In this document: positions 25,336 through 38,705 of the stretch, in pieces
How the letters are laid out: every line of letters begins with the position of its first letter
Numbering within the stretch: position 1 is the stretch's first letter
From: Malacoraja senta
Lineage: Eukaryota
Length of the DNA stretch: 64,000 bases
Direction: 5' to 3'
Assembly (NCBI GenBank): GCA_038087875.1
Contig: CM075990.1
Span: 2,358,001 to 2,422,000, forward strand
Made by a program: the position numbers and the translations under genes
The notes under the pieces: model-generated
Told to the model about the DNA's origin: nothing
Databases searched by the model: none
The model's input: the letters and a program-made list of their open reading frames with translations, nothing else

Positions 25336-25832
25336 ATATAATCTGGATCCAAAATTGGCTTGGTGATTTGGGGGCAGAATGTAGAGGTGTATAGATGTTT
25401 TTCTGCTTGGAAGTCTGTGACCAGTGGTGTACCATGAGGATCTGTACTGGGACCCTTGTTTGTGATATATATTTACGACTTGGATATGAATGTACGAGGA
25501 ATCATTAGAAAGATTGCAGGTGACAGAAAAGTTGGTGGTGTTGTGGAAAGTGAGGGAACTTGTCAAGAAAAAAGATTTTAGTTTTTATACACAAAGGGTG
25601 GTAGGTATATGGAACGAGCTGCCGGAAGAGGTAGTTGTGGCAGTTACTTAGTTTAGGGTTTAGATATACAGCACGGAAACAGGCCCTTCGGCCCACTGAG
25701 TCCTCACAGACTGTTACACTAGCACACTAGGAACAATTTAAACCAAAGCCAACTAACCTACAAACCTGTACATCTTCGGAGTGTGGGAGGAAACCAGAGC
25801 AGGCGTGGTCACGGGGAGAATATACAAACTCA

Positions 25833-26803
25833 AGAGAGCTTATTGTCATGTGTCCCTGATAGGACAAACAAATTCTTGCTTTGCTTTAGCACAACAGAAC
25901 ATAGTAGGCATGAATACAGAACAGAGCAATGTGTCCATATACCATTATATAAATATATACACACATGAATAAATAAACTGATAAAGTGCAAATAATGGGC
26001 TATTAATGATCAGAGTTTTGTCCGAGCCAGGTTTAATAGCCTGATGGCTGTGGGGAAGTAGCTATTCCTGAACCTGGTCGTTGCAGTCTTCAGGCTCCTG
26101 TACCGTCTACCTGAAGGTAGCAGGGAGATGAGTGTGTGGCCAGGATGGTGTGGGTCCTTGATGATACTGCCAGCCTTTTTGAGGCAGCGACTGTGATAGA
26201 TCCCCTCGATGGAAGGGAGGTCAGAGCCGATGATGGACAGGGCAGTGTTTACTACTTTTTGTAGTCTTTTCCTCTCCAGGGCGCTCAAGTTGCTGAACCA
26301 AGCCACGATGCAACCAGTCAGCATGTTCTCTACTGAGCACGTGTAGAAGTTAGAGAGAGTCCTCCTTGACAAACCGACTCTCCGTAATCTTCTCAGGAAG
26401 TAGAGACGCTGATGTGCTTTCTTTATGATTACATCAGTGTTCTCAGACCAGGAAAGATCTTCAGAGATGTGCACGCCCAGGAATTTGAAGCTCTTGACCC
26501 TTTTCACCATCGACCCGTTGATATAAACAGGACTGTGGGTCCCCATCCTCCCCCTTCCAAAGTCCACAATCAGTTCCTTGGTTTTGCTGGTGTTCAGAGC
26601 CAGGTTATTGTGCTGGCACAATTTGGCCAGTCGGTCGATCTCACTTCTATACTCTGACTCGTCCCCATCAGTGATACGTCCCACAACAGTGGTATCATCA
26701 GCGAACTTGTTGATGGAGTTCGCACTATGACCGGCTACGCAGTCATGAGTATAGAGTGAGTACAGCAGGGGGCTGAGCACGCAGCCTTGAGGTGCCCCCA
26801 TAC
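25833..26803 (-). mobile_element. 5'-truncated Rex1/Babar-like LINE (RT C-terminal 263 aa still open), nested in a SINE
   Basis: GAPQGCVLSPLLYSLYTHDC...KFADDTTVVG RT motifs. SINE halves flank it at ~25650-25832 and ~26823-26900. Confidence 0.92.
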
Positions 26804-27504
26804 TGATATATAGTCTATATGGTCCATATAGACAGCGTCCGTAGTCAGGATCGAACCCCGGTATCTGGCGCTGTGAGGCGGCAACTCTACCGCTGCCCCT
26901 ATTGCACCATTTAAGAGAAATCTGGACTGGTACATTGAAAGGACAGGTTTAGAGGGATATGGGCCCAGCGCTGGCAGGTTGGGACTAGTGTAGATGGGAC
27001 ATGTTGGTGGGCATGGACAAGTTGGGCTGAAGTGCCCATTTCCACACTGTAGCACTCTATGACTCTAAGTTGGAAGGAAAGTTGGGTGGGATGATGGCAG
27101 ATAGACTTTAATCCACACATGTGTGAGGTGATGCATTTTGGTTGATCAGGGAAAAGTCGAAGAAAGACATATGCAGTAAGTACTGAGGAATGATAATGAA
27201 CAGGACCTTGGGTTTCAAGTCCATAGTTCCCTGAAAATGCCAGTGCAGATGTATAGAATGGTGTAGAATGGATATATAGAGTGATACAGCGTGGAAACAG
27301 GCCCTTCGGCCCAACTTGCCCACACGGACCAACCTGTCCCATCTACAGTGGTCCCACCTGCCTGCATTTGACCTATATCCCTCCAAACCTGTCCTATCCA
27401 TGTACTTGTCTAACCATTCCTTAAATGTTGGGATAATCCCAGCCTCAACTACCTCCTCTGGCAGCTCGTTCCACACTGTGAAAAGGTTACCCCCTCAGCT
27501 TCCT

Positions 27505-28072
27505 ATTGTACAGAGCCCTAGTGAGACCACACCTGGAGTATTGTGTGCAGTTTTGGTCCCCTAATTTGAGGAAGGACATTCTTGCTATTGAGGGAGTGCA
27601 GCATAGATTTACAAGGTTAATTCCCGGGATGGCGGGACTGTCATATGCTGAGAGAATGGAGCAGCTGGGCTTGTACACTCTGGAGTTTAGAAGGATGAGG
27701 GGGATCTCATTGAAATATATAAGATTGTTAAGGGCTTGGACACACTAGAGGCAGGAAACATGTTCCCAATGTTGGGGGAGTCAAGAACCAGGGGCCACAG
27801 TTAAAGAATAAGGAGTTAGCCATTTAGAACGGAGACGAGGAAACACTTTTTCTCACAGAGAGTTGTGAGTCTGTGGAATTCTCTGCCTCAGAGGGCGGTG
27901 GAGGCAGGTTCTCTGGATGCTTTCAAGAGAGAACTAGATAGGGCTCTTAAAAATAGCGGAGTCAGGGGATATGGGGAGAAGGCAGGAACGGGGTACTGAT
28001 TGGGGATGATCAGCCATGATCACATTGAATGGCGGTGCTGGCTGAATGGCCTACTCCTGCACCTATTGTCTA
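27505..28072 (+). mobile_element. CR1-type LINE 3' fragment
   Basis: LYRALVRPHLEYCVQFWSP motif and CR1 3' UTR. Nearly identical to 62020-62455. Confidence 0.9.
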
Positions 28073-29143
28073 TCTCTTTTATTTTTTAAACGTACCATGA
28101 CAAATTAATCTGCGTGCATGAGATCCACACCTTACTATTCCCTGCATATCCATGTGTCTATCTTAAATCCTTTTAAACGCTATTGTATCTGCCTCCACCA
28201 CCACTCATGGCAGTACATTCCAGGCAGCTACCACCCTCTGTGTTTAAAATAAATTTGCCCTGCACATATTGCTTAAACTTTGCCCTTTCACCTTTGAGCT
28301 GTGCCCTTTAGTCTTTGATATTTTCATCCTGGGGAGAAAAGGCTTTGACTGTCTACCTTGTCTACGCCTCCCATCATTTTATATACTTCTATTAGATCTC
28401 TCCTCAGCCTCCGACGCTCCAGAGGACACAATCCAAGTTTGTCCAACCTCTCCGTGCAGCAGGCAACGTTTTGGTCAACCGCTTCTGCCCCCCCCCCCCC
28501 CTTCTCCAAAGCCTCTCCATCCCTATCCTCCCTGCATTGGGGCAACGGGAACTGCATACAATGCCACGAATGTGGCCAAAGTGAAATCCGCGTCATGACT
28601 GCCTGACTCCTATACTCAAAGTGTAAGGAGGACCTGCAGATGCTGGTTTAAACCGAAGACAGACACAAATATCTCAGCGGGTCAGGGAGCATCTCTGGAG
28701 AAAAGGAACAGGTGACATTTTGGGTCGAGACCCTTCTTTAGACTGAGAAACGGGAGAAAGGGAAACTAGGGATATAGACAGGAAATAGGAGAAATAATGA
28801 GCAAAAAGCAATGATAATCAAGGATAGGTGGAGCCCACAATGGTCTATTGTTGGCTGTGGGCTCGGTGATAACGAGTTAAACAGATTTATACTCAATGCC
28901 CTGACCGATGAGGCAAATATACCATATGTCCTCTGTTCCACTCTTATCCACCCGTGCTGCCATTTTCAGGGCTATTGACTTGTACCCCAAGGTTCCTGTG
29001 TATGTTAGTACTGTTAAGGGTCTTGCCATTAGCTGTTCGTTTTATCCATTGATAATGGTGAGATGGTTCGGATGTGTATACAATAGTTTACTAACACGTT
29101 TTATTCTAACATTTGTGTCTGTTCTGTTCCGCATGCTTTCCAG

Positions 29144-30563
29144 TGGATACTAAAGGTGGGAAAGGCCACAGCATTTCAACTATGTCAGTTAATAGTACAG
29201 CAGATATCTCTAGTTCTGTGCTAAGCTATAAATGTAGGTCCAATAAGTCCCTATCGGCAGCAAAAGCCTGCATATTTGAAATCCTTCCCACTAAGTTCAA
29301 ACCCAAGTTACCTGTAAATGTCATTCTGCCCCAGGATAGAGAGAGTGTCTCTCCACAGAGGGCACAGAGCTGTGAGAACCTTCTTGGTGATGACTACCAG
29401 CTGCACAACAGGAGAGCGGTGGTGAAGGAGACCGGGCAGAGCTGTGAGTCCCTCTTGGTCAAAGAGGCAGAGGAGCCATCTCTTTGTTTGAGTGATGAGC
29501 GGAGAGCGCAGGAGTTGGATGGCGCTGCGAGAAGATGCCCGTTCCCACACGGCCTTGTTGATGATGCTGCCCACTTTACCCAACCTGGAGTCAACGTGGA
29601 CCGGATCAGTGGGCCGGTGCCCCCGCCAGTGGAGTCCCGGTTGGAGTGCGGTCCACGGGTCGGGGACGAGCGGGGTAGGGTCCGGGGGGAGTCGGACGGC
29701 CCCCTGTGGTCTTCCGTGTCCTCCAGGGGTCAGTCAGTTTGAGCAGATCATCCAGAGGTCCCAGTCGATGCCTTCGCTGAATCTGGGCAGCGACTCGACG
29801 GCGTGCAAGAGCCCGCTGCCCTCTCCCTCCGTGCCATACATGCAGCTGGCACAATCGGCCGAGTCGCTCTTAGACCTCCCGCCTTGGGGCAAGGAGACCC
29901 TAGCCGACGTGCAGATCACCGTCCACCAGGCTTCAGCCTCAGGCAGCGAGGTGGAGGAGGTGGCTTCAGGCCACGGTGAAGTGGTGGTCTCCGAGACGCC
30001 CTCTCCTTGCCCCGACCCCGAGCTCGTCTTCCTGTCCACCCTCTCGGGGGACATCTGTGCCAACAGGCGGCCATCCCTCACCACGCACGATGCCAGCCAA
30101 CACAAGGAACCCCTCCTCACCTCTGGCACCAGCTTCGCTGCCCTTCCCCGGCACGTGGGACCTGCAGACCACCAGCCGGCTACGCCATGTCAACCGCTCC
30201 CTCTCTCCAGGAACCTCTACCTCCTGAGTCCAAGGCCATTCAGGCTCAAAAGGCCCTCTCTGCACAAGTTCCGAAACCCTTTCACCTTGGTGGACTCGGC
30301 CAGCCAGACCGAGGTGGAGGACAAGGCGGGAGGTTTGCTGGCAAGACCAGTCGCGCTGAGGCGGCAGCCCAACGCCAAGCCGCCCCACCCCACCCGCACG
30401 ACTTCCTTCAACGTCGTGGAAGCGCTGAGACGCTCGGCTGTAACCACACCTGCCCGAGATGGCGGCATCTCAGGTTCTGATCTCTCTAATGGAAGCCGTG
30501 CACCATTGTGTGCGCCCGGTCCAAATCGCAGCCGGCGCAGCGAAGTGGAGATGTTTCCTCAAG
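29144..30563 (+). CDS. SORBS1: SORBS1 large alternative (cassette) exon, ~473 codons, with an apparent 1-bp frameshift at 29726-29729
   Basis: TTTCCAG acceptor in phase 1 gives VDTKGG...LSAAKACIFEILPTKFKPKL...AQSCENL. The second frame continues VSQFEQIIQRSQSMPSL. A candidate donor AAG|GTGGAC at 30563/30564 is phase 1, and 1420-1 nt is divisible by 3. The 3' boundary is uncertain because the ORF runs on to 30697. Confidence 0.75.
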
Positions 30564-33500
30564 GTGGACCTTCCAGTATCTCAACAACGCTCTGTCTCTC
30601 TGCACTCTCTCTTCCTGTGTTTCTACTCCAACATCTACCTCCCCCCCCCCCCAATCTACAAGTCCCAGCATGTGGTCTTCATCTCTGGAGTCAGTGATGT
30701 TACTTCTCCTTGGAGTCTCTGCTGTTCCTCCCTGTTTGACACCATAATCCTCTTGCAGAGAGTGGATGTGGAGAGGATGTTTCCACCAGTGGGAGAGTCT
30801 AGGTCCAGAGGTCATAACCTCAGAATTAAAGGACGTTCCTTTAGGAAGGAGATGAGGAGGAATTTTTTAGTCAGAGGGTGGTAAATAAGTGGGAATCGTT
30901 GCCACAGACGACTGTGGAGGCCGTCAATGGATATTTTTAAGGCAGAGATAAATAGATTATTGATTAGTACAGGTATCGGGCAAGAAGGCAGGAGAATAGG
31001 GTTAGGAGGGAGAGATAGATCAGCCATGTTTGAATGGCAGAGTAGCCTTGATGGGCTGAATGGCCTAATTCTACTCTTATCACTTATGAACTTGTGAACA
31101 TGACTTGTTAGGCACAAAGTGCTGGAGTAACTCAGTGAGTCACACAACATCTCTGGAGAACATGGATAGGTGACGCTTCAGGTTGGGACCCATTTTCTCC
31201 AAAGATGCTGCCTGACCTGTTGAGTTACTTCAGCTCTTTGCGTCTATCTTTGGTAGAGTCTGAAGAAGGTTCCCGACCCAAAACGTCACCTATCCTGTTT
31301 CTCCAGAGATGCCGCCTGACCCACTGAGTTACTCCAGCACTTTGTGTCTATCTTTGGTATAAACCTGCATCTGCAGTTCTACTTTTTTACTCGAGTCGTT
31401 GACTGCCTGTGGTCAGTTTGCCCATTAAGTAAAGAAGTATTTTATGATCCTGGTCTCAAGATCACATATTGCCAGCTTAGAAAGCCCCTGGTGTACAACT
31501 AATAGCAACTCGGTATGAAATTGGTGATTCAGGAATCCCGTGGTCATGGAAACAGAAGACCCTCCCCCCAGTTGAAATGGTCACCCTAACCGCTCTTGCA
31601 TCTTACGGTCCCACCCAAACATTTAGACTGAATCTTTACCCTAGCTCTCAATACATTGACACTGGAGTGTTAGGGGGTCCTAACTCACAAATTGCAACTA
31701 CCCTTTCTCTAAGTCACGGTCGATACAAGATCTACCTTAATAAAAGATACAGTAACTTTTACAATTGCAATGTTTAAGAAGCATTTAGACAGGTACAGGT
31801 TTTCGAGGGATATGGGCCAAAACATAGGCAGATGGGACTAGTGTAGATGGGGCATGTTGGTCGGTATGGGCCGAAGGACCTGTTTCCAGGCTGTATGGCT
31901 CTCTAACCTCATATTCCGCTTGGGTAGCTTACAACCCAACTGTATGAACTTTGAATTCTACAAACCCTCGCCCTATCCTTTCTTCCCTCAACATCCCCTC
32001 CTCCATTCCCTCCCCCCTCCTCCCCTGTGCCCCTCCTATTTATCCCATCAACCACCTCCATTCCTTGCACTAGCTTCACAATTTGTAACTCTTTAATCCT
32101 TTTGTCTCACACCTTTTTGTCGCACAGTTGCGCAGTGGTAGAGTTGCTGCCTTACAGCGGTAGAGTTGCTGCCTTACAGCAACAAAGATCCCGTTCAATC
32201 CTGACCAGACTGCTCGGAGTTTGTACGTTCTCTCTCTGCGAGGGTTTTCTCCAGATGCTCCACTTTCCTCCCACATTTCAAAGACGTGCAGGTTCATAGG
32301 TTAATTGGCTTCTGTAAATTGCCCCCTAGCATAGGGTGATCAATGGTCGGCGTAGACTTGGTGGGCCGAAGGACCCGTTGCCACGCTGTATCTCTAAACT
32401 AATCCCTAAAGCAAACTAAAACCTTCCATGTTTCCATCTGTCTTTTGTCCATCATCTGCCATCAACCCCCCCCCCCCACCTCACCTGTATCAACCTATTA
32501 CCTGCAAGGCTTTTTCCTGCCCCTCCTCTCTACCAGCTTCCTTCCCCTGTCCCTCTTACAATCAGTCTGAAGAAGGGTCCCAACACGATACGTCATCTAT
32601 CCATGTTCTCCAGAGATGCTGCCTGACTCGCTGAGTTACACTAGCAATTGATGTCTTCCCATAGTCATGTTATTGAATGTAAAGATGTGTGTATATACGT
32701 CTATGTATATAGGTTCACACTGACACATAGACCATTAGGTGGTTACCTCTTGGTAGCTTGTTTGCCTAGACTTGGTTGGTATTTATTGCTGGCTTTAGCA
32801 GCCAGTTACTCAAAATCTACCTACACAAATTAGTGGCACAGCGGTAGAGTTGCTGCCTCACAGAGCCAGAGACACGGGTTCGATCCTGACTACGGGTGCT
32901 GCCTGTATGGAGTTTGTACGTTCTCCCTGTGACTGCGTAGATTTTACCCGGGAGCTCCGGTTTCCTCCCACACTCCAAAGATATACAGGTTTGTAGGTTA
33001 ATTGGCTTGGTAAAATTGTAAATTGTCCCTAGTGTATGTGGGATGGTGTTAATGCGCGGTGATCGCTGGTCGGCGTGGACTCTGTGGGCAGAAGGGCCTG
33101 TTTCCACACTGTATCTATAAACTAAACTAAATTAAACTAAAAATAAACTAGAGTTGGCTTTTAAATGCTTGGTCCAGGATGGTTTCTCTCAACCGTCATC
33201 TTAAGAGAAGTAGAGACGTGGAAAAATATAGGGAGGGAATTGACTTTAGTTTATTGTCACGTGTAGCGAGGTACAGTGAAAAGCTTTTGTTGCGTGCTAA
33301 CCAGTCAGCGGAAAGACTATACATGGTTACAATCGAGCCATTCGCAGTGTATACATACATGATAAGGGAATAACGTTTAACGCAAGGTAAAGCTGGTAAA
33401 GTCTGATCAAAGACAGCACGAGGGTCACCAAAGAGGTAGATAGTAGATCGGGACTGCTCTCTGGTTGTGGTAGGATGGTTCAGTTGCCTGATAACAGCTG

Positions 33501-34302
33501 GGAAGAAACTGTCCCTGAATCTGGAGGTGTGTTGCCGGGTCCACAGCTGCCGGAAGTGGGAGATGGAAACTGGGAACGTTCGGGGTCTGGAATTAAAGGA
33601 ATGCTGATTCAGGAAGCTGGAGCGACAGAGATTGTTCCAATGGTGAGGGGAACTGGACTGTAGAGAGATTAGGCAAAGGGATAGGGGTTTTATTACGCTT
33701 GATGTGTTACTGGACCAGTAGTTACCGATTATTAGCTTTGTTTTAACCAGGTCCCTGAATGTTGGGTTCAAAAGGGCAGGTAGTGGATGTTGTAGATAAG
33801 CTATCAAGGTTCACACTGGTAAGTGGCGATATAGGTGATTAAAGCAAGGGGGCTTCACCACTCCTCTTTACACCCTCTTTATACCCTGAGTAGGTCATGA
33901 GTATAGTTGGGAGACAGACACAAAATGCTAGAGTAACTCAGCGGGTCAGGCAGCATCTCTGGAGAACAGGAGTAGGTGACATTTCGGGTTGAGACCCTTC
34001 TTCAGGTGCTTCTTCAGAAGTTGGGAGGTCATGTTACAGTTGTATAAGACATTGTTGAGGCCACATTTAGAGTATTGTGCTCAGTTTTGGTCGCCATGTT
34101 CTAGGAAAGATGTCGTCAAGCTGGAAAGGGTGGAGAGAAGATTTACAAAGACGTCGCCATGTTTCAAGGGCCTGAGCTACAGGGAAAGGTTGAAAAGGCT
34201 AGTTCTTTATTTCTTGGAGTGCAGGAGGACGAGGGGGTGATATTATAGAGGTGTACATTATCATGAGAAGAATGCATTGGGTAGACGCATAGAGTCTCCT
34301 GG

Positions 34303-34502
34303 NNNNNNNNNNNNNNNNNNNNNNNNNNNNNNNNNNNNNNNNNNNNNNNNNNNNNNNNNNNNNNNNNNNNNNNNNNNNNNNNNNNNNNNNNNNNNNNNNN
34401 NNNNNNNNNNNNNNNNNNNNNNNNNNNNNNNNNNNNNNNNNNNNNNNNNNNNNNNNNNNNNNNNNNNNNNNNNNNNNNNNNNNNNNNNNNNNNNNNNNNN
34501 NN
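34303..34502. other. Assembly gap (200 N)
   Basis: Run of N in the sequence. Confidence 1.
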
Positions 34503-35385
34503 TTTTGACTTTACATCTGCCACTTGTCTGACCATCTGCCTATCAGCTAAATCCCTCACCCGTGTCAACCTATCACTTGCCAGGTTTTGTCTTGCCCCCA
34601 TCTGTCTTCCAGCTTTCTCCCCCTTCCGCCCCACGACAATCAGACCGAAGAAGGGCCCTGACCCGAAACGTGACCTATCCATGTTCTCCAGTAGAGTTGC
34701 TGCCTTACACCGCCAGAAATGTTTTACAGCCCGGGTTCGATTCTGTCTGTACATTCTCCCTGTGACCACATGGGTTTTCTCCAGGAGCACCGGATTCCTC
34801 CAAAGACATACAGATCTGTAGGTTAATTGTCCCCGGTGTGTACGATAAAACTAATGCACGGGGATTGCTGGTCGGCATGGACTCGATGGGCCGAAGGGCC
34901 TGTTTCCACGCCTTATTTCTGAAGTCTAAAGATGCTGCCTGACCCTGCTGAGTTACTCCGGCATGAGGAGGAATATCTTTAGTCAGTGGGTGGTGAATCT
35001 GTGGAATTCATTGCCACAGGCGGCTGTGGAGGCCAAGTCAATGGATATGCGACTCTGGCTCGAAGGGCCGAATGGCCTCCTCCTGCACCTATGATATTTT
35101 TGATATCTGATATTTTTAAGCTAGGTGGAAACCAAAGATCTCGGAAAAACCCCACGCAGGTCAGGAGGAGAAGGTACAAACTCCGTACAGACAGCACCCG
35201 TAGTCGGAATCGAACCGGGGTCTCCAGCGCTGCAAGCTCTCTAAGGCAGCAACTCTACGCGCTGCGCCACTGTTTAGTTTAATTTACAGATGCAACGCAG
35301 AAACAGACCCTTTGGCTTAATTTTGCTCCCTGAACCTCTGACGTTTTTGTTTTTTATCTTCTATCGCTGATTTTCCCCGTTACAG

Positions 35386-35511
35386 CTGCTGCCTCCAACG
35401 GAGCGGGCGCAACCCAAGAAGCCCCCGCCCCTGCAGGTGTTGGAGTACGGTGAAGCCGTGGGCCGCTTCAACTTCGCCGGCGACACGCACGTGGAAATGT
35501 CCTTCCGAAAG
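35386..35511 (+). CDS. SORBS1: SORBS1 exon: SH3-1/SH3-2 linker and start of SH3-2 ([42 protein letters not shown])
   Basis: TACAG acceptor, AAG|GTGAG donor, 126 nt, phase 0-0. Strong match to SORBS1 [38 protein letters not shown]. Confidence 0.96.
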
Positions 35512-35667
35512 GTGAGGAGCGGGGCGATCCCGGCCATTCGTGGTTTGCCGACAGAGGGATGGGCTGGAATGGTCGGCTCTGTGGGCTGGCACAGACTCAA
35601 TGGGCCGAGCGGCCGCCTACCGCTTCACAAAAATGGCCCCATTCGGGCAAGTGTGATCATTAAGGGG

Positions 35668-36002
35668 AGCACGGTGGCGCAGTGGCAGAGTTGCTGCCTT
35701 TCACCGCTTACAGAGCCACAAACCCTGGTTCAATCCCGCCTACGGGTGCTGTCTGTATGGAGTTTGCACGTTCTCCCCGTGACCTGCGTGGGTTTGCTCC
35801 GAGATCTTCGGTTTCTTCCCACACTCCAAAGACGTACAGGTTTGTAGGTCAATTGACTTGGTATATATGTAAATATGTATGTACGTAAAAATTGTCCCTA
35901 GTGTGTGTAGGATAGTGTTAGTGTACAGGGTGGTCGCTGTTCTGCACGGACTCGGTGGGCCGAAGGGCCTGTTTCAGCACTGTATCTCTAAACTAAACTA
36001 AA
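35668..36002 (+). mobile_element. HE1-like V-SINE
   Basis: Full-length copy with CTAAA tail. Confidence 0.88.
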
Positions 36003-38543
36003 ATTTCCACGCAGCGCATACCATGGGCGTGAACGATCATTGTACCCCCCCCCCCCCCACTCTCGTCAACCCACCCCCCCCCCACCCCACCCCCCTGGGA
36101 GAGGAGGGGGCAGGACAAAGACTGGCAAGTGATAAGTGATAGGAACCGAGGACTCTGCTTCCGAATAAAAAGACGTGCTTTCAGATTGGAAATAAGAAGG
36201 CATTTCTTTAGCCTGAGGGTGGTGCGTCTGTGGAATTAATTGTGACAATAAACTAAACTATACTAGATGGCAGTGGAGGCCAAGGCAACAGAGTTTAATA
36301 AGTGCAGGAAAGAACTGCAGATGCTGGTTTAAATCGAAGGTAGACACAAAATGCTGGAGTAACTCAGCGGGACAGGCAGCGTCTCTGGAGAGAAGGAATG
36401 GGTGACGTTTCAGGTTGAGACCCAGAGTTTAATAGGTTCTGGATTCGTTAGGGTGTCATAAGTTACGGGGAGAAGGCAGGGGAATAGGATTGAGAGGGAA
36501 AAATAAAATGGTGGAGCATACTCGATGGGCTGAATGGCCTAATTCTGCTCCTATGACATGGTCTTCCTCCCACCCCACCCCCCTGGGAGAGGAGGGGGCA
36601 GGACAAAGACTGGCAAGTGATAGGTGATACAGATTTAGCTGATAGGCAGATGGTCAGGTGAATCATAGAGATGAAAAGTCACAGGCTGTGAGATTGAAGA
36701 ATGTAGTCATATACTTCAGGAGCGATGCCAGGGTTCAGATTGTACAGTACAACAAAGCAGCTAATCAGAAGAAGTCTGAAGAAGGGTCGGCACGGTTGCG
36801 CAGCAGTAGAGGTTCGATCCTGACCACGGGTGTTGCCTGTACGGAATTTGAACGTTCTCCCCGTGACCTGCGTGGGTTTTCTCCGGGTGCTCTGGTTTCC
36901 TCCCACACTCGAAAAGACGTGCGGGTTTGCAGGTTAACTGGCCTCAGTAAAATTGTCCCTCGTGTGTGTAGGATAGTGCTGGTGTACGGGGTGATCATTG
37001 GTTGGGGCGGACCCGGTGGGCCACAGGGGCCTGTTTTCGCGCTGTATCTCGGTAAGCTAAACTCAGCAGGACGGGCAGCATCTCTGGAGAAAAGGAATAG
37101 GTGACGTTTCGGGTCGGGACCCTTCTTCAGACTGAGAGTCAGGGGGAGGGAAACCCCCCCTCTCTTGCCCATGCCCCCATTGAGGATTCGCGAAGGTTTT
37201 CACTGAGGTGCGACGTTGGGATCTTGGCTGTGCCCACCCCCCCATGGCCCCCCCCTCCCCCCCCCCCATGCCAGCCTCAAGGAAGAGGAAGTTCCCTTTC
37301 CCATTAACGTACAAAGTTCACAGTACTTGGAAAACATTCCACCGGATATCCTCCGCCTGATCTCAGATGTTTCCACAAAGTTAGCAAGGAATGTTCCCCT
37401 ACTGAAATAATGGATGATGAAAGCCCTGTGGAATGTGGAAAGGATGTTTCCAGCAATGGGAGAGTCGAGGAACAGAGGACTTTGCTTCCGAATAAAAAGG
37501 ACGTGCCTTCAGATTGGAGATAAGAAGGAATTTCTTTAGCAAGAGAGTGGTGCGTCTGTGGAATTCATTGTGTCAATAAACGAAACTATTATAGATGGCA
37601 GTGGAGGCCAAGGCAACAGAGTATAATAGAACTGCAGGAAAGAACTGCAGATGCTGGTTTAAATTGAAGGTAGACACAAAATGCTGGAGTATCTCAGCGG
37701 GACAGGCAGCATCTCTGGAGAGAAGGAATGGGTGACGTTTCAGGTCGAGACCCAGAGTTTAATAGGTTCTGGATTAGTTAGGGTGTCATAGGTTATAGGG
37801 TGAAGGCAGGGGAATAGGATTGAGAGGGAAAAATAGAATGGTGGAGCATACTCGATGGGCTGAATGGCCTAATTCTGCTCCTATGACTTCAGCAGTGTTT
37901 TTGCTCGAGGTTCCAGCATCTACAGTCTCTTCAGTCCGACAAGAAGTTGCATTTAGTTTTGGCTTTAGTTTTAATTTCAGAGATACAGGATGGAAACAGG
38001 CCCTTCGGCCCACTGAGTCCGCGCCGACCAGAATCTCCCTGCACACAACATCTATCCTGCACACACTAGGGAAAATTTACAATTTTCTGAAGCCAATTAA
38101 CCTACAAACCTGTGGGAGGAAACTGGAGCTCCTGGAGGAAACCCACGCAGGTCACGGGGAGAACGTACAAGCTCCGTACAGACAGCACCCACAGTCAGGA
38201 TCGAACCCAGGACTCTGGCGAAGTGAGGCAACAACTCTACCGCTGCGCCACCGTGCTGCCGTTTCGGACATAGAACACTTCAGTACAGAAACAGGCCCTT
38301 CGGCCCACAATACGCACACCGAACATGAAGCCAAGACCATCACTTATATACCTGCACTTAATCCATGTATAGATTCCCTGTATATCCATGTGCCTATCCA
38401 AAGGTCTTTTAGATACGTACATAGATACATAGAAAATAGATCCGCCATTCAATGTGATCATGGTTGATCATCCAGAATCGGTACCCCGTTCCTGCTTTCT
38501 CTCCTTATCCCTTGATCCTGTTAGCCTTAAGAGCTATATCTAA

Positions 38544-38705
38544 AGGGCCTGTCCCACTTACGGGATTTTTTCAGCGACTTGCTGAGACCCGGCATAGTCG
38601 CAGCAGGTTGCCGAAAAATGTCAAAATGTTGGACATCCACCGGTGACCAGAAAAAGGTACGACTCTTTGGGCGACTACTCACGGCCACACAGGCGTCATG
38701 TGTCG
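38544..38705. mobile_element. Truncated Harbinger-like MITE (left arm only), related to 44180-45287
   Basis: TAA + AGGGCCTGTCCCACTTACG... and shared internal gtacgactctttgggcgactactcacg. Confidence 0.8.

Noticed and set aside
26010..26801. 263-aa RT ORF as an active or domesticated gene
   Set aside because: 5'-truncated in the middle of RT, has no endonuclease and is nested in a SINE; a young dead copy.
33535..33900. Possible LTR fragment or hidden exon near the gap
   Set aside because: No paired LTR, primer-binding site or SORBS1-like peptide was recognisable, so no call can be supported.
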